Source of the DNA: Chamaesiphon sp.
GTDB taxonomy: Bacteria; Cyanobacteriota; Cyanobacteriia; Cyanobacteriales; Chamaesiphonaceae
Length of the DNA stretch: 64,000 nucleotides
Assembly: GCA_965246715.1 (NCBI GenBank)
Contig: CBDFFH010000038.1
Coordinates: 1-64,000, forward strand
Reading direction: 5' to 3'
In this document: positions 27,519-37,876 of the stretch, one piece after another
How positions within the stretch are numbered: position 1 is the first letter of the stretch
How the letters are laid out: each line of letters opens with the position of its first letter
Program-made: the position numbers and the translations under genes
Notes under the pieces: model-generated
What the model was told of the DNA's origin: nothing
The model's database searches: none
Seen by the model: the letters and a program-made list of their open reading frames with translations, nothing else

Positions 27519-28559
27519 ATGGTGGCTGCATCTGCATCTGTTACTGACTTAGAAATTTCAGCGGCACTAGATATTAATGCCGATCTCAACTTCGATTTAC
27601 CAGATCCTGAAGATGAGGCAGTAGGTGACTTCGATTTCCAGCAACGGATCGATGATGCATGGATAATTTGCGATCGATTCGATCTGCAAACAGAGATTTG
27701 GCGGGGGCGGATCTTGCGCGCCGTCCGCGATAAGGAAAAAAAAGGCGGTGACGGACGCGGACAGGGGTTTCTCAACTGGCTCAAGGATCGGGAATTGAGC
27801 AAAAGTCAAGCATATGCCTGGATCGAACTCGCGAACAGTGCCGATACATTATTAGAAAATGGCGAACTTTCGCCCTCAGCGCTAAATAAATTTAGCAAAC
27901 GCGCCTTTGTCGAAACGGCCAAATCTTCGCCTGAAGTCCAGCAATTAGTTACCGATGCTGCCGAACGCGGCGATCGCATTACGCGGCGCGAAGTCCGCCA
28001 ACTCAGCGATGAATGGATGGCGATGAGTTCGGATTTAATTCCTGATGAAGTCAAGGAGCAAGCTGCCTCAGGAGCTACGCCACCACGGTTTATCGCGCCC
28101 TTAGTCAGAGAAATGGAGAAACTGCCAGAAGCTCACCAAGTTGCGATTAGGGAGGAAATAGCGGCCAATCCTGATGTAGATAATATTAAGTTAGTAACGA
28201 GTAATGCCAAGAGTTTGTCGAAGTATCTCGATGCTGGGGCGCAGGTGCAAGTTTTAAATGATTCTAAGATCGATCTGCCGATGGCGCTGGAAGAAGCGAT
28301 GCGCGTGGGATGTTTGCCTGTAGCTGCTGATGTGCTCAAGCAAGCGGCGCAATTGGAACAGACGATGACCAAGTTTTACCTGACTTGGAAGCGGTTGGGG
28401 AGTTTAGTCGATCGCTTGTATGTGGATACTGGTGCGAGTACGCCTAATTTGCGATCGCTGATTGCTTGTGTCGAGCGGCTCTCTAGCGAAATCGTGGAGG
28501 TTCCACTCGATGACTCTGGAGAAAATTCGATCCGGCTACGCGTAATGACTGGAGAATAG
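27519..28559 (+). CDS. Conserved cyanobacterial hypothetical protein (DUF3102-like HTH segment)
   Basis: GRILRAVR...GFLNWLKDRELSKSQAYAWIELA; GAGG RBS. Confidence 0.8.
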   Translation: MVAASASVTDLEISAALDINADLNFDLPDPEDEAVGDFDFQQRIDDAWIICDRFDLQTEIWRGRILRAVRDKEKKGGDGRGQGFLNWLKDRELSKSQAYAWIELANSADTLLENGELSPSALNKFSKRAFVETAKSSPEVQQLVTDAAERGDRITRREVRQLSDEWMAMSSDLIPDEVKEQAASGATPPRFIAPLVREMEKLPEAHQVAIREEIAANPDVDNIKLVTSNAKSLSKYLDAGAQVQVLNDSKIDLPMALEEAMRVGCLPVAADVLKQAAQLEQTMTKFYLTWKRLGSLVDRLYVDTGASTPNLRSLIACVERLSSEIVEVPLDDSGENSIRLRVMTGE

Positions 28560-28624
28560 CGAGCTGTTGGGTTCCGGCAGCAATTCCAAATTCGGAAATT
28601 CTTGAGGAGTGCGACATTGGCTAG

Positions 28625-28721
28625 CCCTCTCCCAGAATTGGGAGAGGGGGCAAGCAACTTGGCTTCTCGCTCCCCCAACCCCTGCTCCCAATTTTGGGAG
28701 TAGGGGTTGGGGGATGAGGGC
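28625..28721. repeat. Cyanobacterial palindromic repeat cluster (CCCTCTCCC..GGGAGAGGG type)
   Basis: Hairpins at 28625-28648 and 28671-28714 between convergent genes. Confidence 0.75.
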
Positions 28722-28777
28722 GAACCACTGAAGCGACCTCCAATTGGTTTTGAATTTGGAATTGCTGGGGTTCCGGT

Positions 28778-31444
28778 TCACGAGATCGACTCATTAATCG
28801 GGAATCTGTCGATTAGCTGAATCGCACGTCGGGCATTTGCTTGCACTGCATCGCTAGCATGGGGCACATACGGAATCTGTGACAACAGATCCACCGTACG
28901 TCGTAACATCCGGACGATATCGCCCTCATCCAAATTCGTGTTACTACACAGCTCCGGCCACGTTACGCCCAACGCCCAGTGTTCCACAATTCCCACTAAC
29001 TCATACTCCATCCATACGGGTAGAGCCACCTGATAGCGCCGCTGGACTTGAAATAACTGCCTGCGTGTCCCCCGCAATGCACTCAACGTCATCACTACTT
29101 CATCCGCCGGATCGTAATTCGTCCAACTGTCAGAACGTGGGGTTTCCGACACTAGCGCACAAATAATTGCCGCCAGATGATGAGGGTCTAAGTTATCCAA
29201 ATAGCCAGATCGCAGCGCTAGCGCAATCCACAACTCATTATCGCCGCGAATGGCCGCAGCGGCTTCGCCAATCTGAGTCGGAATTATCCCCTGCAATCCG
29301 CCAACTTGACGCAATACCTCAATCAGATTGAGAAATTCTTGCCAGTGACGCGCTAATTGTGTTTGGAGTGTATCTTGCTGTTCGTGGATCTCCTGTTCGA
29401 GTACTGCCTGACGACGATAGCGTTTGAGCAGTGTTGCAGGATTGCCCCATTCCCAGACCGGATGATTTTCTAGCTTGGTTTTGAGCTTGGCGACAGTTTC
29501 TAGTTGCGCTTTCATCTCGGCTGTTAAAGGGGACTCCACATTGGGAATGCTGCTGGCAATTTCAGCCGTTAAATCCATCCCCTTGCGAACTTGCCCTGGT
29601 TTTAAGGGCATATCTGCTGGCGGTAGCAACGAAACCACCGGCGGCACGCGGTTTCTCCCGGTATAATCCGACCAATGCTTGTGAACGGCAACAACATCCT
29701 GATGATTCACGACATACCAGCGGTTGTCCTGTCCCAAACAAACTAATGCGGGTTTATATCCCGAACCAGCGATTTTAGTCACTAATACCGCTGATATCGG
29801 TGTAGCTACCGGAACGTGCTTACCCTTAAGACTGAGGATCGTCCCTGGCAAAACTGTCGATAACTGTTTACCCACCTGTCCAGCTTGCACCTGTTCGGTA
29901 TAGAGCTGGAGATTTTTAAGCTGATTTTGGTCTAGCTTGAGCTGAGAATGACAAGTTTCATAATCAGCTAAGACCTCGCCATCGACCTTACTCAAAGATT
30001 CTTGGAGATTTAGCAACTCCAGCCGGATCTCGTTAATCTTTTGCTGCTGGGGTTGGAGATGCAGACTCTTGGTAAACTGGCCGAAACTGCGTTCGACTAA
30101 TTCTCTAGCTTCTTCGAGATTATGAGTTTGGAGCAGGTTCAGCACCATCCCATAGGTCGGCGTAAATTGACTCACCAGCGGGTCGGCTGCTGCTGTAGCA
30201 AAATCGCTCGCTTCCTTCGCCCCCTCAAATCTCGTCTGAGTGGTCACCACATAGCCCACCACGTCTTTACCGCGTCGTCCGGCACGTCCGGCCATTTGTA
30301 AGAATTCCGAAGCCGTTAGCAGACGATGTCCTTGGTCTGTGCGTTTCGAGAGACTGGAAATCACTGTCGTCCGAGCGGGCATATTAATTCCCGCCGCTAG
30401 GGTTTCAGTAGCAAAGACGACTTTAATCAAGCCCTGAGCGAACAATTCCTCAACTAATACTTTCCAGGCGGGCAGAATCCCCGCATGGTGAGCGGCGATC
30501 CCGCGATACAGTGGCTCTACTTGTCCGGCCCGCGCAGCATCGGGATTTTTGGCGAGAAATTCATCGATTCTGGACTTAAGCTGGGCAGTTTCAAAATCGT
30601 TGACTAGCTTCATGCTCGCCATATCAGCAACCGCCTTATCACACCCCCGCCGACTGAAGATAAAGTAAATAGCTGGCAACATCTCGCGCTCGGCTAGCTT
30701 GCTCACGACAAACCCGATACTCGGCACATCGTCACTTTTGCGGCTGCCAGAAGGACGGCTGGATTTTAGTTTGGGATTGAGCTTGGCAGTATGCAGATCT
30801 AATAATGGTAAAATCCCTTTGGGGTTGACAAAGTGAAACTCCAAAGGGACGGGACGAAAATCGGAATAGATGAGTTCGGTCGCTCCGTGGACGGCACTTA
30901 TCCAGTCGGTGAGTTGTTGGCTATTGGCGACGGTGGCGGAGAGCGCGACGAGTTGAATATGCGGCGGACAGTAAATAATCGATTCTTCCCAGACTGTACC
31001 GCGCTGTTTGTCATTCATGTAATGACATTCATCTAGCACTACTGCTTCGACACCAACCATCGAAGTGCCAACTTCGCCGATGCGGGTACCGTAAAGCATA
31101 TTGCGGAAAATTTCAGTCGTCATTACCACGATCGGGGCATCTCGATTGATGGAGATATCACCAGTCAACAAGCCAACATTATCTTCGCCAAATTCGGCGC
31201 GGAAGTCACGATATTTTTGATTGGATAAGGCTTTGAGCGGGGTAGTGTAAAATACTCGACGTTGCTGTCGGATCGCGCGATGGATCGCGTACTCGCCGAT
31301 TAGGGTTTTACCGGAGCCTGTGGGGGCACAGACGACAACAGATTTGCCTTGGTTGAGTGCATCTACCGCCTGAAGTTGAAATCGATCGAGTGAAAATGGA
31401 AAAATTTCTTGCAGTTGGTCGTTAGATATCGCGGAGGTGGTCAT
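28778..31444 (-). CDS. Ski2/HelY-like DEAD/DEAH RNA helicase
   Basis: APTGSGKT, PLKALSNQK, DECH, SAT, ATETLAAGINMPA, QMAGRAGRRG, C-terminal DSHCT region (EGDIVR). Confidence 0.95.
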   Translation of the reverse strand: MTTSAISNDQLQEIFPFSLDRFQLQAVDALNQGKSVVVCAPTGSGKTLIGEYAIHRAIRQQRRVFYTTPLKALSNQKYRDFRAEFGEDNVGLLTGDISINRDAPIVVMTTEIFRNMLYGTRIGEVGTSMVGVEAVVLDECHYMNDKQRGTVWEESIIYCPPHIQLVALSATVANSQQLTDWISAVHGATELIYSDFRPVPLEFHFVNPKGILPLLDLHTAKLNPKLKSSRPSGSRKSDDVPSIGFVVSKLAEREMLPAIYFIFSRRGCDKAVADMASMKLVNDFETAQLKSRIDEFLAKNPDAARAGQVEPLYRGIAAHHAGILPAWKVLVEELFAQGLIKVVFATETLAAGINMPARTTVISSLSKRTDQGHRLLTASEFLQMAGRAGRRGKDVVGYVVTTQTRFEGAKEASDFATAAADPLVSQFTPTYGMVLNLLQTHNLEEARELVERSFGQFTKSLHLQPQQQKINEIRLELLNLQESLSKVDGEVLADYETCHSQLKLDQNQLKNLQLYTEQVQAGQVGKQLSTVLPGTILSLKGKHVPVATPISAVLVTKIAGSGYKPALVCLGQDNRWYVVNHQDVVAVHKHWSDYTGRNRVPPVVSLLPPADMPLKPGQVRKGMDLTAEIASSIPNVESPLTAEMKAQLETVAKLKTKLENHPVWEWGNPATLLKRYRRQAVLEQEIHEQQDTLQTQLARHWQEFLNLIEVLRQVGGLQGIIPTQIGEAAAAIRGDNELWIALALRSGYLDNLDPHHLAAIICALVSETPRSDSWTNYDPADEVVMTLSALRGTRRQLFQVQRRYQVALPVWMEYELVGIVEHWALGVTWPELCSNTNLDEGDIVRMLRRTVDLLSQIPYVPHASDAVQANARRAIQLIDRFPINESIS

Positions 31445-31625
31445 AGCGGTTAACTTCACAGGCGGTGACGCAAGGCTGAATTGTGGCGGTAGCTAAATCT
31501 CGATACCTTATAGTATATTCTGATTTACTCGTAGCCGCGATCGCAGATTCTGTGCTTGATGATAAGTATGTGCTCCAAATGCGATCGATCGAGTTGTAGT
31601 TAATTTATATTCGTGATAAAGCAGT

Positions 31626-32153
31626 CTAATCTTCTTCATCCAATGTAGCTTCATGCAGATAGTATAAATCGTGTTCTTCCACTGCAGAGAAACTGTCTTG
31701 CTGTGATGATTTATTGATAGATGAAATTTTCTGCCGATCGACAGATTCGCCACGATCTCGCCATGTTTGCCATGCCGCCTTTACACCCACCCAAACGCTT
31801 TTTGTCGTGCTCTGAATATTTCCCGCCTGTTGTTTGGCCTCGACAATACCTCGATCGACTTGTTTGACTACCATCGAGGCACTCTGTACCCCTTGAGCTA
31901 CTTCTTCACCCAGATCGCTAAGTTCCAATCCTGCCAGTCTGATGGCTTCGAGCGTCGGGGGTAATTCCCGATCGAGTCTGTCGAACAATTTTTCGGCACT
32001 GCGCGCCGCTCGCGATACATCTTGAATTGCTGGAAATGCAGCAACAAGTAGTGCTGTCAAACTGACAGCAACCATCAGGGTCGAGCATCCAAGTAGAAAC
32101 AGCGGATCGATAGAATACAAAATGTGGGAGTGTAGGGAAAGGGGAAACGCCAA
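31626..32153 (-). CDS. DUF948-like membrane-anchored protein
   Basis: DPLFLLG TM segment; RAARSAEKLFDRLDRELPPTLEAIRL; start codon uncertain. Confidence 0.8.
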   Translation of the reverse strand: MAFPLSLHSHILYSIDPLFLLGCSTLMVAVSLTALLVAAFPAIQDVSRAARSAEKLFDRLDRELPPTLEAIRLAGLELSDLGEEVAQGVQSASMVVKQVDRGIVEAKQQAGNIQSTTKSVWVGVKAAWQTWRDRGESVDRQKISSINKSSQQDSFSAVEEHDLYYLHEATLDEED

Positions 32154-32170
32154 GAGTAACTATGCTCTAG

Positions 32171-32515
32171 TCACTCTGAATCTTCAACTTCAGCACTCGA
32201 TCGGCGATCGGGTGGAAGTTTTGGCTCATGCGGGCGCACGGATTGACTAGCAACGATTCCCGCCGCGATCGCGTTGGCAAGTCGATCGAGTGTATCCTGC
32301 CAGCGATCGCTCGCCGCAGCCGAAAGCCGATCTGCTTGAAATTTGACGCTACTGGAGACATCTTCAGCCATTTGAGGGACTGCTGTGGCCGTTTTTTTGA
32401 GCAGCCTGCGGGTATCTCGACCTTTGCGCGGTGCTGCCAGCAATCCAGCAACAGTACCGATCGCTGTTCCCAGGATTACTCCACCGATAAATGTGTCGCG
32501 ATTTTTATCTGCCAT
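32171..32515 (-). CDS. YtxH domain protein
   Basis: FIGGVILGTAIGTVAGLLAAPRKGRDTR. Confidence 0.88.
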   Translation of the reverse strand: MADKNRDTFIGGVILGTAIGTVAGLLAAPRKGRDTRRLLKKTATAVPQMAEDVSSSVKFQADRLSAAASDRWQDTLDRLANAIAAGIVASQSVRPHEPKLPPDRRSSAEVEDSE

Positions 32516-32547
32516 AGCTCGATGATTACCCAACCGATTGTACTATT

Positions 32548-33132
32548 TTAGATCGATTTCCGTCTTTTCCTGCGCCCTTGCCATAATACCCAGCAAATGG
32601 TCCCATTAATACAGAACATGTACAGCGGATAGATCGCCACTTGCCAGCTCCAGCGATCGATCGCGAGGACGTTGAGTGTGTTTGCCACAAAAAATAACAC
32701 CCAAGCCAACAAATCTTCTCCATGCGGATCGATTAAAGATTTCCGGAGTGTGGGGAGAGCGCCTAACAAATCTATGCCGATATTTATTGCCAGTGCCAGA
32801 TCGGGAGATCGACAGATGCCCCATAACAACAGACTTAGCCCAGCGCCTAACAAACAAATTCGATCGAATCTAGTCCAACCACCTTGCCCGAATTTAATCC
32901 CGAAGATAGAAGTAACTAACGGCCCGATGATATAGCTAAGCGGCACCCAAATTGTGGCATTGGCACCAGCGGAGCGATAGCTGGCAGCAATAATTATCCC
33001 CACCACCAACCAAATCCACCATGTCGCCCGATTCGGACGAGTTCTACCCTGCCAAATCGCTACCCAGTAAGGGATAAATCCGACTAGCGCACAAATCCCC
33101 GCAATCGCTCCAATACTGTCTTGAAGTGTCAG
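32548..33132 (-). CDS. Multi-pass membrane protein, probable CTG start
   Basis: Frame stays open upstream of the track start (33009), adding ..IAGICALVGFIPYWVAIWQGRTRPNRATWWIW; AGGAG lies 8 nt before CTG at 33132. Confidence 0.75.
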   Translation of the reverse strand: MTLQDSIGAIAGICALVGFIPYWVAIWQGRTRPNRATWWIWLVVGIIIAASYRSAGANATIWVPLSYIIGPLVTSIFGIKFGQGGWTRFDRICLLGAGLSLLLWGICRSPDLALAINIGIDLLGALPTLRKSLIDPHGEDLLAWVLFFVANTLNVLAIDRWSWQVAIYPLYMFCINGTICWVLWQGRRKRRKSI

Positions 33133-33192
33133 TTGTCTTGCTCCTAATTTAATCGTGCCGTAGTTAGCGATCGCGTTCGATTTAACAATTAT

Positions 33193-34332
33193 TTATTCCA
33201 GGGGTTCGCTGTCTGTCTCCACAGGCGGCCGATCTGGCTGCTCGACAGTTGCCCGCAACCGTTGCCAGACAGTAATCGTCAACAGCGACGCAATCCCTAC
33301 AGCCGTTACAACGATCGCAGTTTGGCGAATGCCCTGCATCCGCATTGCAATCAGACCGCCAGCTAAGTTAACCGCCCATAAAATAACTGCTGAATGCCGC
33401 TGCGAAAATCCTTGGGCTAACAGGCGGTGATGCAGGTGATCTTTGCCTGGAGTACTCAGTGGATTTTTTCCTGATAGCAGCCGCTTGATAATCACTTGGC
33501 TGGTATCGACAACAGGGACTAGTAGGAGTAAAACTGTTGGTACGAGGGAAGTAATCGTGCTCACTTTGCCACCACCCAAAATACTTGTTGCTGCTAATAC
33601 ATAGCCTAAAAAGTAAGCGCCAGCATCTCCCAAAATAATCCGTGACGGATGGTAATTGTGACGGAGGAATCCTAATGCCGCCCCACCGATGCCAGCGGAG
33701 ATGAGTGTTGCTGCGGCTCTAGTTTCAAATTGACAGGATGTTGCGAGCAGCATCATCGCCGTAATAAAGCTCACGCCACCAGCCAATCCATCGATCCCAT
33801 CCATCAAATTTACGGCATTGGTAATCCCGACGACCCATAATACGGTAAAAATCACCGATAAGATCCCGTCGATCGGTGCGCCGAAATACACGATATGAAT
33901 TTGAATCCGACAGACTACTAATAATAATGCGACTAAAACCTGTACTAGGAGGCGAAATAGTGGCGGTAGGCCATCTTTGACTTGATCGTCGATAAATCCG
34001 ACAATGACTAATACCGAGCCACCGAGTAAGATTGCCAACACCGCCACCTGAACTTTGGCAATGACGATCGGTGACAGACAGCCAGCTAAAATAGTGGCAG
34101 CGATTACACCTGCATAAATTGCCAATCCGCCAGCATTTGGCAAAGGTTCTTTATTGAGTCGGCGAGCATTGGGCTGATCCGCCCACCCCACTTCGATCGC
34201 AAAGGTGCGTACCTTGGGAATAAACAGGTAAGTCACGATCCAGGCGAACATAAAGGTGAGGATCACGGATAACCATCCGCGCCCAAAAGGATCGGCAACA
34301 CCGATCGAATGCATGAAATTTTCAAAAGTCAT
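33193..34332 (-). CDS. MraY/WecA-family undecaprenyl-phosphate GlcNAc-1-phosphate transferase
   Basis: GFIDD, NAVNLMDGIDGLA, LGDAG, HLHH. Confidence 0.93.
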   Translation of the reverse strand: MTFENFMHSIGVADPFGRGWLSVILTFMFAWIVTYLFIPKVRTFAIEVGWADQPNARRLNKEPLPNAGGLAIYAGVIAATILAGCLSPIVIAKVQVAVLAILLGGSVLVIVGFIDDQVKDGLPPLFRLLVQVLVALLLVVCRIQIHIVYFGAPIDGILSVIFTVLWVVGITNAVNLMDGIDGLAGGVSFITAMMLLATSCQFETRAAATLISAGIGGAALGFLRHNYHPSRIILGDAGAYFLGYVLAATSILGGGKVSTITSLVPTVLLLLVPVVDTSQVIIKRLLSGKNPLSTPGKDHLHHRLLAQGFSQRHSAVILWAVNLAGGLIAMRMQGIRQTAIVVTAVGIASLLTITVWQRLRATVEQPDRPPVETDSEPLE

Positions 34333-34340
34333 GTAAATCC

Positions 34341-34793
34341 CTAGTTAGATCGATCGTGGCTGTGCGTGTGTAAGTGCCTGACTTGACATTCATCGGGAAG
34401 ATCGGTTACTTCGGTCGGCGCACAAGTCATGCAAACTCCAAAAAATTCCAGTGTGTGGTAATAAATTTTAAATCCATGGAGTGACTCCAATCTGCGTTCT
34501 AACTGTTCTACTGGGCACTCATCGATCGGGATCGATTGCCCGCAGTGCAAACAAGTCAGATGGTGTCGATCTGCTTGCACACAACTATACAATGATTCGC
34601 CAGTAGGTAATGTCCGACCTTGAATTATCCCTTCCAATTTTAGACTCTCAAGAGCACGGTAGATTGTGGCTAGTCCCACAGCTCGATCGCGCGTGCGGAG
34701 TTCGACATAAATATCTTGTGCGGAAATTTCGCGATCGAATTGCTTCAGGAGTTGTAAAATACGTTCTTGGCTGCGAGTGCGATCTGATTTCAT
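34341..34793 (-). CDS. zur: Fur-family regulator, probably Zur
   Basis: GLATIYRAL, HHLTCLHC, CMTC, His-rich tail; divergent from purS-purQ like Anabaena furB/zur. Confidence 0.78.
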   Translation of the reverse strand: MKSDRTRSQERILQLLKQFDREISAQDIYVELRTRDRAVGLATIYRALESLKLEGIIQGRTLPTGESLYSCVQADRHHLTCLHCGQSIPIDECPVEQLERRLESLHGFKIYYHTLEFFGVCMTCAPTEVTDLPDECQVRHLHTHSHDRSN

Positions 34794-35037
34794 CGAAACA
34801 TTATGGCTGATAAAGAATGAATAATGAATGCCGAACTACTCTTACCATTGCCGCGTCGTGTTTTATAATCTAATGATGCCCATTCATACACCACACAGCG
34901 CTACAGCAACAATCTAGATTTGGGACTGGGATTCACAAGATCGCTAACAGCCAAGCTTGGTACTAGTATAAGATCGTGACAGTCGATCTCCCGATCGGGC
35001 TGCCGCCTATAAATTATCGCAAACTTGAGGAGTCCCG

Positions 35038-35301
35038 TTGAAGCAAAAATATCACGCCCGTATCTATGTTACCCTGCGTCCCTCCGTCCTCGATCCCGCA
35101 GGTACAGCAGTCCAGTCTGGGTTAGAACACATGGGCTATACTGATGTCGAAAGCGTCCGCATCGGCAAATACATCGAAGTCAATCTCAGCGCCACCGATG
35201 AAGCACAGGCACACACTCAACTAGACGAAATGTGCGATAAACTGTTCGCCAATCCCGTCATCGAGAATTATCGAGTGGAGTTAGGGGATAGTGAACAGTG
35301 A
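35038..35301 (+). CDS. purS: FGAM synthase subunit PurS
   Basis: LRPSVLDPAG, VRIGKYIE, LFANPVIENY. Confidence 0.96.
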   Translation: MKQKYHARIYVTLRPSVLDPAGTAVQSGLEHMGYTDVESVRIGKYIEVNLSATDEAQAHTQLDEMCDKLFANPVIENYRVELGDSEQ

Positions 35302-35314
35302 ACAGTGCTAGTAA

Positions 35315-35403
35315 ATTCCCCTCCTCGGAGCGGTGCGCGCCCGTCGGGTTTCCCGACGCGAAAAGCGCACCAAGACAGGGGTGCCCGACAGGGCGGGGTG
35401 GTT
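35315..35403 (+). repeat. Short dispersed repeat carrying a nested 48-bp insert
   Basis: ATTCCCCTCCTCGGAG|insert 35331-35378|GGGTGCCCGACAGGGCGGGGTGG; uninterrupted copy at 45827. Confidence 0.8.
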
Positions 35404-35463
35404 CAGATCTCCGCATATCACTAAATTAATCCCTCCCTCCCACACTCTCCCCCCAATCCTCCT

Positions 35464-36120
35464 GTGAAATTCGGCATTATTATCTTTCCTGGCTCTAACT
35501 GCGATCGCGATGTGGTATATGTCACCCGCGATTTGCTCGGACAACCTACCCGCACGATCTGGCATGAAGAAACCGATCTACATGATGTAGATGTAGTGGT
35601 CGTTCCAGGTGGTTTTAGTTATGGTGATTACCTGCGCTGTGGTGCGATCGCCAGATTTTCACCGATTATGAAACAAGTTGTCGCTCATGCCCAGAGTGGT
35701 AAATATGTCTTGGGTATTTGTAATGGGTTTCAGATCTTGACTGAAGCTGGATTGTTACCTGGGGCGCTAGTTCGCAATCGAGACTTGCATTTTATCTGCG
35801 ATCGCGTCCCGATCCAAGTCGAACGTACCGATTTACCCTGGACTCAGGGCTATACTAGCGATACAGAAATAACTCTCCCGATCGCACATGGTGAAGGCTG
35901 CTATCATGCCGATCCTGACACGCTCGCCGATCTCGAAGCCAATGGCCAAGTTCTATTTCGCTACGCTGGCACCAATCCGAACGGCTCGTTAAATAATATC
36001 GCCGGAATTTGCAATAAATCCAAAAATATCTTAGGTATGATGCCCCATCCCGAACGCGCCGCAGATCCCCTGCTCGGTAACAGCGATGGGATTCATTTAT
36101 TTAAAAGTCTGATCGGTTAA
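35464..36120 (+). CDS. purQ: FGAM synthase glutaminase subunit PurQ
   Basis: [34 protein letters not shown]. Confidence 0.97.
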   Translation: MKFGIIIFPGSNCDRDVVYVTRDLLGQPTRTIWHEETDLHDVDVVVVPGGFSYGDYLRCGAIARFSPIMKQVVAHAQSGKYVLGICNGFQILTEAGLLPGALVRNRDLHFICDRVPIQVERTDLPWTQGYTSDTEITLPIAHGEGCYHADPDTLADLEANGQVLFRYAGTNPNGSLNNIAGICNKSKNILGMMPHPERAADPLLGNSDGIHLFKSLIG

Positions 36121-36461
36121 AGGTATACTGCTTAATCCAATTCAAGTATGTTAATTCTGGTTGATCGAACATTTTTCCGGTATTAGGTGGAAAGTTGTCC
36201 ATCTAACTAGCCTAAATGGGGGTATTCGGCCGACAGTATCAGTCTAAATAAGAGTTGTCCCTCATCGGTAATGCTATCGAGACATACTCATCTACATTAG
36301 GCTGTGATTGCAAAGATTATCGAAACATTGCCTAATATTATGGAATCAAAATCACCAAAATCTCTACCAATCGAAAAGCAAGAAGTGTTTGTAGACGCTC
36401 AACTATATACATCTTTTAATTTGGAGGGACAAGAAGAAGAGGATCTAAACAAGTTTTTTCT

Positions 36462-37876
36462 GGTTCTACCGAACTTACTATGCTAAATCAAGGATTGAAA
36501 TGCCATGCTAGCAAACTTCTGATCTGAAAATTCTCAAAATTTCTAAACCCATATCCCATTCTTTTTATTAGCTTGAGTTTATTGTTAATTCCTTCGACGA
36601 CTCCTTGAGTTGTTCTATTATCAAAATAGGCAATTATTTCACCAATCCATCTTTTAATAGTTCCACAACTCTTGGGGAATTTCCCACAAGCATTCTTGAG
36701 CCAGTCACACAAGCTTATTAGCCCATTTCCCCAATCTGTTTTTGATTCAAATATATCTCTAAATAACTCTTTTGTTTTGTGCATTGCTGCTAATTCTGGA
36801 AAAACGTCTCCAATCTCTTTCAACTTCTCTTTTTGCAATTCATTCAAATCCGCTTCGTTTTTGAGTATTGCATATTTACTGTGAGTTAATGCTGCTAATT
36901 TCTTGTTCTTTTCATCTTTGTTCTTCACCCTCTCAGCCTCTCTTTTGATTTTAATTCTCTCTCGATCTAACTCTTCATTTATCTGTTTCATTACATGAAA
37001 TCTGTCTCCAACCACTTCAGCATTTGGTATCAATTCATTTACCAGACTTTTGTATGATGAAAATAGATCGATACTTACTTCTGTAATTTGGTTCAAAACC
37101 TCCGAACCCCAAGACTTCAAGCACTCACCAATACATTCTTGAGTCCTTTTTGGTAAGATGGCTATTAACTCTCTTTTTTCTAGATCTACTAACACCGCAC
37201 AATAGTTTTTTTGCCCTTTAACAAAGGCAATTTCATCAATTCCTAGTCTGGTTAAATTCTCTGGCTTTTTTTGCACTAGATTTACCCCAGCTTTTTTGAT
37301 TATTGTCTCCACTTCTTGCTCACTTAATCCATTTCTTTTGGCAACACTTTTAATATCACTAGCTAGACTCTCTTCGACAATCTTCTGCTTCATTCGCTCG
37401 GTGAAATGACTTCTCTTTTTGATGAAATTTAATTCCTCACTGAATTTTCGACCACAACTCATACACTTGAATTGACGACGATTAATTTTAAGGTAAACAT
37501 CATGTTCACCGAATGGTAGATCTCTCACTGTTAATTGGTGATTCTCATGAAGTTTATTACTTTCAGTTCCACAATGAGGACACACTGCTTTTAATTGCTG
37601 ATTTTCTAGATAAATAAAATAACCGATTTCATCTAAGATCTTATAAGCAGTGACGGTCATTCCGTCGATATTAAGAATTTCATTAATGGTTTTTAGTTGC
37701 GATTTGGATGACATAATGCAATTCAAGCTTATTTGTTGCCAGAAATCAAGATCTTACTATTCTATAATAAAATCTGTCATTTATGCTGCACCAAGCTTCC
37801 ATAACTCAAAATTATCAATTTTGTCAATTAAACTTGATTCTTATCCACTACTTAGCATAGCAAGTTCGGTAGAGCC
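36462..37876 (-). mobile_element. ISL3-family insertion sequence, 1415 bp
   Basis: 25-bp IRs GG(T/C)TCTACCGAACTT(A/G)CTATGCTAA with 2 mismatches; 8-bp DR TTTTTTCT at 36454-36461 and 37877-37884. Confidence 0.95.
36488..37726 (-). CDS. ISL3 transposase
   Basis: CPHCG zinc finger, GIDE, DRFH, EGINNKLKLIKRMGYGFRNF. Confidence 0.95.
   Translation of the reverse strand: MNCIMSSKSQLKTINEILNIDGMTVTAYKILDEIGYFIYLENQQLKAVCPHCGTESNKLHENHQLTVRDLPFGEHDVYLKINRRQFKCMSCGRKFSEELNFIKKRSHFTERMKQKIVEESLASDIKSVAKRNGLSEQEVETIIKKAGVNLVQKKPENLTRLGIDEIAFVKGQKNYCAVLVDLEKRELIAILPKRTQECIGECLKSWGSEVLNQITEVSIDLFSSYKSLVNELIPNAEVVGDRFHVMKQINEELDRERIKIKREAERVKNKDEKNKKLAALTHSKYAILKNEADLNELQKEKLKEIGDVFPELAAMHKTKELFRDIFESKTDWGNGLISLCDWLKNACGKFPKSCGTIKRWIGEIIAYFDNRTTQGVVEGINNKLKLIKRMGYGFRNFENFQIRSLLAWHFNP

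Noticed and set aside
28376..28781. Short ORFs 28376-28678 and 28536-28781
   Set aside because: Translations of palindromic repeats (PQPLLPKLGAG-type); spurious
36304..36486. 60-aa ORF and 38018-38629 treated as separate genes
   Set aside because: They are two halves of one gene split by ISL3
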